Source: Polyangiaceae bacterium
GTDB lineage: Bacteria; Myxococcota_A; Polyangia; Polyangiales; Polyangiaceae
DNA: 12,616 nt
Direction of reading: 5' to 3'
NCBI GenBank assembly: GCA_044222475.1
Contig: JBGANF010000186.1
Coordinates: 1-12,616, forward strand
Below the pieces are notes generated by a model. The model did not search any database and was not told where the DNA came from. It saw only the letters and a list, made by a program, of their open reading frames with translations. Shown in pieces: positions 6,680 through 12,616 of the stretch. Made by a program: the position numbers and the translations under genes. Numbering within the stretch: position 1 is the stretch's first letter; every line of letters starts with the position of its first letter.

Positions 6680-9118
6680 TCAGTTCACGCACGACGCGGT
6701 GACCGGCGCGCTCTTGTCGTCGTCCTCGCGGCACTGGTGGAACTTCGGGTTCTTCGGATCGATGAGGATCTTCGCGTAGAGCGACGACTGCGTCGTCGCT
6801 GGGTTCGCGAGCACCACGTCGAGCGTCTCGGTCTGGCCGGGCAGGAGCGGCTGCGTCGTCGTGACCTTGCCGACCTGCACGTCGCCGGGGGTGATGAAGA
6901 CGCCGACGTCGACCCCGGCAGGAAGACCCGACTGGCCGACGTTGCGCACCGACACGTGCGCCTTGACCGGCTGCGTGCAATCGACCTTGAGGCTGACGAT
7001 CGCGTTCGGTGCGTTGAAGAGTCCCTTGTCCTGAACGTTCTGGCGGAAGTCGTTGAGCCACGGGAGCAACCAGTTCTTCGTCTCGACCTTCGGGATCGAG
7101 CCGTAGACGTTCGGGTTCGGACACGCCTGGTCGCGGTCGTCGCAGATGTTCGACACGTGGTACGTGTGCTCGCTCCATAGGGTGCGCGTTCCCACCCACG
7201 AGCTCGCGGTGTCGCTGTACAGCGAGACGCCGCGGTAGCCCTTGTCGGGCGTCCACCCGAGCTTCCACGTGACGCCGTTCACGGTGACCGGTTGGTTCTG
7301 CGCGTTCATGCAGCCCCACCCGGCGGAGCTCGGGTCCGCGCCGTTGTCGATCATGAGGAGGTCGGCGTGGCCGTCACCGTCGACGTCGGCGAGGAGCGAC
7401 GCCTCGGTGCCGGTGAACGACGAGTGCGGAGCGGCGAAGCGCACCGCGCCGGTGGTACCGTCGAACACCCAGAGGAAGCACTCGTCGCCGTAGACGACCT
7501 CGGCCTTGCCGTCGCCCTCGAAGTCGAACACGGTCGAGCCGGTGACCGACGAGCTGAGGTCGTGGTTGGCCTTCTGCCAGAGCACGTCGATCTTCTTTCC
7601 GACGAAGTCGGGTTTGAGCACCGAGTAGAACGTCGCCATGGCGACGCCGATCTCCGGCTTCTTGTCGCCGTCGAAGTCGGCGACGGTGGGCGGGCCGCCG
7701 CTCCCGGTGCCCGGCACTGCGACCGGTCCCAATTTGGTATTGCCGGTGAGCCCATCGAGGATCCACAGCTTGCCTGTGCCGACGAGCGCGACGTCGGGCT
7801 TCTGGTCGCCGTCGAGATCGGCGACGGCCGGGAATCCGTCGGGAAGCGACGGCTTGTCCCAGAGGATCGTTCCGTCGTCCTTGTAGGCGGTGCGCCCGGC
7901 GAGGAGCTCGAGGTGCCCGTTGGGTGCGCCGTCGAGGTCGACGAAGGTGCTCGTGTACTCGGAGACGTTGCCGCCGCCGCCGCCGCCCGCGCCGGTGAAC
8001 TTCAGCGTGATCTTGCCGCCGGTGGTCGAGAAGACGGTCGCGCCGAACGCGATCTCGGGGAAGCCATCGCCGTCCATGTCGGCGACGGCGAGCCCTCCGC
8101 CCCACCCGAACGAACCGCTGGCCGCGCCGGGGATCGGCTTGTCGCTCGTGCGCAGCACGGTGCCGTTCGCGTCGATCAACACGACGTATCCTTCGCCCGT
8201 CGCCGCGACGATGTCGGTCTTGCCGTCGCCGTCGATGTCGCCGATGGCGGTCGAGAGCCCGGCGAATCCGGTCGACGTCTGGCCCGCTTTGTCGAGCGAC
8301 CAGATCTCCTTACCGGTCGCGCCGTCGAGCATGCGAAGGACGCCGGTGTGGCACGACGTCGGGGTCGTGTTGGTGCACTGGCAGCACGTGCCCTTGCCGG
8401 TGTTCGCGTCGATCGCTTTGCCCGACACGAAGACGACGACCGGCGTGTCGAGGAGATCGACCTTGCCGTCGCAGTTGTTGTCGTGGATGCGACCGACGGT
8501 GGGCGTCGCCCACACGTCCGTGAACGTCGGCTTGTAGACGGCGTTCTGTCCCCACGTCCACTTCGCGAGCGCGCTCAACGGACCGCCCGGCGGCGGGTGG
8601 TACTCGCACGCCGCGATGCAAGAGCCGCCGTCGGCGGTGGTGCCCGCGTCGCCGACGCACGTCACGGGGAGCGGAAGGCACTTGCCCGGGCGCGGCGCAG
8701 CCTGCGTGCAGGTGCCGCCGTCCCCGCCGTCGCTCGTGATCACCCCGCCGTCGCTCTTGGAGCCCAGCGCGGGTTCGCAGTACTCGTTCGGGGCGCAGTC
8801 GTTGCCACTCGTGCAGGGCTTGCCCGGAGTGACGCACTTGTCGAAGAGACAGACGTTGCCGCCGCCGCAGCACACGCCGCCGCAGACGTTCGCCTCGGAG
8901 TCGCAGCAGACGCCCTGCACGCAGACGCCGCCGTCGCACTCCGATGCGGTCGTGCACTTGTTTCCGAACGGATTCTCGTCGGAGGCATCCCCGGTCGTGC
9001 TGCCGTCACTGCCGGAGTCGCCGAAGTCGCTGCCGTCGTCGCTCCCACACGCCGAGAAGGCAACGACGGAAACGACGAGCGCACACGATCCCACTACCCC
9101 GAAGACGCGAAGACGCAT
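6680..9118 (-). CDS. Cys-rich lipoprotein with FG-GAP/VCBS Ca2+-binding beta-propeller and C-terminal CARDB/Ig-like domain
   Basis: Lipobox AFSAC (Cys24), a Cys-rich region and seven DxDGD-type loops (GDIDGDGKTD, ADMDGDGFPE, VDLDGAPNG, ADLDGDQKPD, ADFDGDKKPE, FDFEGDGKAE, ADVDGDGHAD). The C-terminus VSVRNVG...LLPGQTETLDV...ILIDP...CREDDD is CARDB-like. Confidence 0.92.
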   Translation of the reverse strand: MRLRVFGVVGSCALVVSVVAFSACGSDDGSDFGDSGSDGSTTGDASDENPFGNKCTTASECDGGVCVQGVCCDSEANVCGGVCCGGGNVCLFDKCVTPGKPCTSGNDCAPNEYCEPALGSKSDGGVITSDGGDGGTCTQAAPRPGKCLPLPVTCVGDAGTTADGGSCIAACEYHPPPGGPLSALAKWTWGQNAVYKPTFTDVWATPTVGRIHDNNCDGKVDLLDTPVVVFVSGKAIDANTGKGTCCQCTNTTPTSCHTGVLRMLDGATGKEIWSLDKAGQTSTGFAGLSTAIGDIDGDGKTDIVAATGEGYVVLIDANGTVLRTSDKPIPGAASGSFGWGGGLAVADMDGDGFPEIAFGATVFSTTGGKITLKFTGAGGGGGGNVSEYTSTFVDLDGAPNGHLELLAGRTAYKDDGTILWDKPSLPDGFPAVADLDGDQKPDVALVGTGKLWILDGLTGNTKLGPVAVPGTGSGGPPTVADFDGDKKPEIGVAMATFYSVLKPDFVGKKIDVLWQKANHDLSSSVTGSTVFDFEGDGKAEVVYGDECFLWVFDGTTGAVRFAAPHSSFTGTEASLLADVDGDGHADLLMIDNGADPSSAGWGCMNAQNQPVTVNGVTWKLGWTPDKGYRGVSLYSDTASSWVGTRTLWSEHTYHVSNICDDRDQACPNPNVYGSIPKVETKNWLLPWLNDFRQNVQDKGLFNAPNAIVSLKVDCTQPVKAHVSVRNVGQSGLPAGVDVGVFITPGDVQVGKVTTTQPLLPGQTETLDVVLANPATTQSSLYAKILIDPKNPKFHQCREDDDKSAPVTASCVN

Positions 9119-9124
9119 GACGCC

Positions 9125-9133
9125 ATTGTCTCA
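9125..9133 (-). promoter_or_regulatory. Possible extended -10 element for leaderless transcription of the FG-GAP gene
   Basis: The minus strand reads TGAGACAAT, 6 nt, then ATG 9118. No Shine-Dalgarno is visible. Confidence 0.35.
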
Positions 9134-9138
9134 CAACC

Positions 9139-9301
9139 TCAGTGCTTCGGCTGCGCCTTCGGCGTCGGCGGCGGGGCTCCGTACGCAGCCACCGGCGCCA
9201 TTCCGTACGCGGGCATGGTGATCGTGGTGTGGGTCGGCGCGGCGCCCGCGTCGTTCGTCCGGCGGCTGCATCACTGCGCCGCACGCGGCGACGAGCGCCG
9301 T
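9139..9301 (-). pseudogene. Frameshifted small lipopeptide gene with two AYGxxP motifs
   Basis: One minus frame gives TALVAAC-GAVMQPP (Cys codon 9283-9281). Removing one base near 9259 joins it to TNDAGAAPTHTTITMPAYGMAPVAAYGAPPPTPKAQPKH* (stop 9141-9139). There is no in-frame start for the lipobox frame, so the 5' end is uncertain. Confidence 0.55.
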
Positions 9302-9375
9302 CCCGCTGGATCGACGGCCGCCGAGCGGATTTGGCGCGCCTCGGCGGTGCTGGTTCGCGCTAGCATCGAGGGTCG

Positions 9376-9633
9376 ATGAGCGACGACGAGCTGAAGAAGC
9401 GCATCTTGTCTCGCCGCGCGAAGTTCATCGCCGCAGCGCTCGCGGCGAGCGGCATCGCCGCGTGCGGCGGCGGCGTACAGGGCCCGAGCGACGCCGCCGC
9501 CGACGCGCCGAGAGACACCGCGCTCGATGGTCCGCAGGGTTGCCTCAGTCCCCCGTTCGACGCTGGCGCCGACACGGGACCGCAGCCGTGCCTCGAGCCT
9601 CCGCTCGACGCCGGATCGCAAGACGGCGGATGA
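9376..9633 (+). CDS. Small lipoprotein/peptide (85 aa) with two GPQxCLxPPxDAG repeats; candidate modified-peptide precursor
   Basis: GAGGG at 9368-9372, then ATG. Leader MSDDELKKRILSRRAKFIAAALAASGIAAC (twin Arg, lipobox Cys30). Repeats GPQGCLSPPFDAG (9529-9567) and GPQPCLEPPLDAG (9577-9615). Confidence 0.85.
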   Translation: MSDDELKKRILSRRAKFIAAALAASGIAACGGGVQGPSDAAADAPRDTALDGPQGCLSPPFDAGADTGPQPCLEPPLDAGSQDGG

Positions 9634-9650
9634 GCCCGTAAGGAGTCGAC

Positions 9651-10796
<1,146 letters not shown>

Positions 10797-10811
10797 CCGT
10801 GGCGGCAGCGG

Positions 10812-12616
10812 TCAACGGACCAAGACCGCGAGCACGCCGCCGACGAGGATCACGCTCAATCCGAAGAGCGCGAGGAGCTGACGCCGCGACGTGCGGCGAA
10901 GCTCGGAGAGGGCGCCGAGCAGCACGGTCCCGTGCTCGACCGCCCACTCGTCGCCGTGCTTCGTGATCGTCCCCACGACCGACGCCTCGTCGCCGTGACC
11001 GTGCTCGCTGGCGAAGCTCGCATACGTCGTCGCGTCGTCCGCCGCGCGCGGCGTGAGCCCTGCGTCCAGGATCCGTGCGGCCGAGCGTGACCGTATCGTC
11101 CTACCGTCGGCCATGACGACGCGCGCGTCCTGGTCGCCACGAGAATCGGTGTGGCGTTCGTACCAGGTGCGGAACTTGTCGTACTGGGTCACGACACCGT
11201 GTTCGTCGACGCGCGACTCGGTGCCGAGGTGCTCGGCGTGCTCCTTCAACGTCTCGGTCCGCCCGTGCGTCGAGGCGAGGACCCCGGTGAAGCGGCCGCG
11301 TTCACCGGGCGCAACGCTGCCGGGTGCGGCCCCGACGACGTGCCGCGCTGCGACGAGCGCCGATCCCGCGGAGCGCATCCAAAGGGTGATCCGCAGCAGC
11401 GCGTGAAGCGCACCGAGCACGAGCGTGCCGCGGAGCGCGATCGATGCGTCGCGTGCGGTGGTCGCGACCATGAGCGCCCAGAAGAATCCAGGGAGCACCA
11501 CCAGCGTCGCCGTGCCGACCAGCGTCCACGCCACCCGGACGAACGGTACGCGGCGGTTCCGCGCCGAGCCGTTGGGGCGCCGATCGATCATGAACACCGT
11601 AGCCGAGCGACCGACGAGCTCGAGCGCGAAGACCGACGACGCCAGCGCGACGACGAGCGCGATCGTCGCACCGAACGCCGCGCCACCGTCGAACGCCGCG
11701 CCGTTCAGCGCGAGCGCCCACAGACCTCCGGCGACGATGATGCTCGCGAGGGCGACGACGAGGCTTCGGGAGGTCCAGGTGCGCAGGGGATGGGGGCGGT
11801 CGCTCTTCGCTTCGAGACGTCGCGCTGCGACGGAGAACTCGCGCGAGCCTTCGCGGAGGAAGGGCGTTTCGGTGAGCGGTCGATCGGCGATTGCCGTGGC
11901 GACGAGCCGCGCTGGCGCGCTCGTCGAGTCTCGGTAGCCCTGCGCGGGCCGCGCCTCCGCCGCGATCGCGGCCACGTGCACGTGCGCCTCGCTGGTGATC
12001 TGGCGTCCTTCGACGACGACCTCGACGTCGGGTGCAGGCGCGCGTCCGGCGAACGCCTGCGTGAGCCAGGGCAGCTCGGAGGCGAGCTCGGCGAAGCGCC
12101 CGCGTCGCCGGGGGAGCGTTGGTCCGTAGATTGTAGTCTCTCCGAGATCGATCGCGACTTCTCTCCCGTCGCTGGTTCGGAGGTGGACGGGGCCTCCGTG
12201 GCACACCGCGTGAGCGGCGTCGGCGCTGCGGAGGATCGCGTGAATCAACGGTTGCTCGGAGCTCGCGCCCACGAGGACGCCGTCGGCGAGGATGAAGCCG
12301 CCTGGCGGCGCGCCAGGAACGGGAGGGGGCGGTGGCGGCGGCGCGGGCGACGCGAGCTCCGCGAACGGTGCGTCGAGGAGCGCGACGGCATCGATCTCGC
12401 GGTAGTCGCTGATCTTGGGCGAGACCCAGAGCCGGAGCTTCTTCGGCGGCGGTCCCGGATCGAGCTCGACGTGGAGGAGGCGCGCCTGGCGCTCTGGGAC
12501 GATCTCTGCGCCGGCTTGCCACAACGTGCGACCGGTCTCGTCCGTCGCGCGCACGATCGCACCAGCGCCGCACGTCTCCAGCGCGACGAACCCATGGCAC
12601 TGGGTGTTCGCGTCGA
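10812..12616 (-). CDS. Multi-domain membrane protein (3' part, at least 600 aa; start lies beyond the right edge)
   Basis: The frame is open from 12614 (DANTQCHGFVALETCGAGAIVRATDE...) to TGA at 10814-10812. It has an N-terminal beta domain ending YREIDAVALL, a PAPPPPPPPVP linker, a soluble region with GYR, about four TM segments, a second soluble region and a C-terminal TM helix. Confidence 0.75.
   Translation of the reverse strand, partial: DANTQCHGFVALETCGAGAIVRATDETGRTLWQAGAEIVPERQARLLHVELDPGPPPKKLRLWVSPKISDYREIDAVALLDAPFAELASPAPPPPPPPVPGAPPGGFILADGVLVGASSEQPLIHAILRSADAAHAVCHGGPVHLRTSDGREVAIDLGETTIYGPTLPRRRGRFAELASELPWLTQAFAGRAPAPDVEVVVEGRQITSEAHVHVAAIAAEARPAQGYRDSTSAPARLVATAIADRPLTETPFLREGSREFSVAARRLEAKSDRPHPLRTWTSRSLVVALASIIVAGGLWALALNGAAFDGGAAFGATIALVVALASSVFALELVGRSATVFMIDRRPNGSARNRRVPFVRVAWTLVGTATLVVLPGFFWALMVATTARDASIALRGTLVLGALHALLRITLWMRSAGSALVAARHVVGAAPGSVAPGERGRFTGVLASTHGRTETLKEHAEHLGTESRVDEHGVVTQYDKFRTWYERHTDSRGDQDARVVMADGRTIRSRSAARILDAGLTPRAADDATTYASFASEHGHGDEASVVGTITKHGDEWAVEHGTVLLGALSELRRTSRRQLLALFGLSVILVGGVLAVLVR

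Noticed and set aside
7970..7987. (GCC)6 run, and the poly-Pro-coding run near 12322-12347
   Set aside because: These are in-frame Gly and Pro linkers within coding sequence, with no sign of phase variation.
9268..9273. In-frame TGA-TGC in the minus frame 9366..9139 read as selenocysteine-Cys
   Set aside because: No convincing SECIS hairpin is visible, and the neighbouring frame gives a good LVAAC lipobox, so frameshift decay is the simpler explanation.
7292..9379. 695-aa plus-strand ORF and other long overlapping ORFs (2433..3788, 4212..5264, 9360..10574, 11302..12600)
   Set aside because: They overlap well-supported genes in antisense or alternative frames, and the translations lack recognisable domains.

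Overview
High-GC bacterial chromosomal window. Its Cys-rich lipoproteins with DAG/DGG tethers look myxobacterial (Polyangiaceae/Labilithrix-like; inference from protein style only). Left to right it contains: the 5' part of a minus-strand lipoprotein with a probable IgGFc-binding domain, running off the left edge and missing from the ORF track; a Kup K+ transporter; a divergent operon of an RCK-gated K+ channel, an unknown lipoprotein and an MFS transporter, with a sigma54-like promoter; a CCGNNT hexamer tract fused to a probable four-helix-bundle (IVP/Avd-like) gene remnant; an atypical-codon conserved hypothetical gene; an 812-aa Cys-rich FG-GAP propeller lipoprotein; two head-to-head small repeat-bearing lipopeptide genes (a frameshifted AYGxxP one and an intact GPQxCLxPPxDAG one); an LCAD-type acyl-CoA dehydrogenase; and the 3' part of a multi-domain membrane protein. 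The most interesting signals are the pair of RiPP-precursor-like lipopeptides, a post-lipobox motif shared in exact register by two unrelated lipoproteins, and the repeat/four-helix-bundle scar. I saw no rRNA, tRNA, CRISPR array or transposase.
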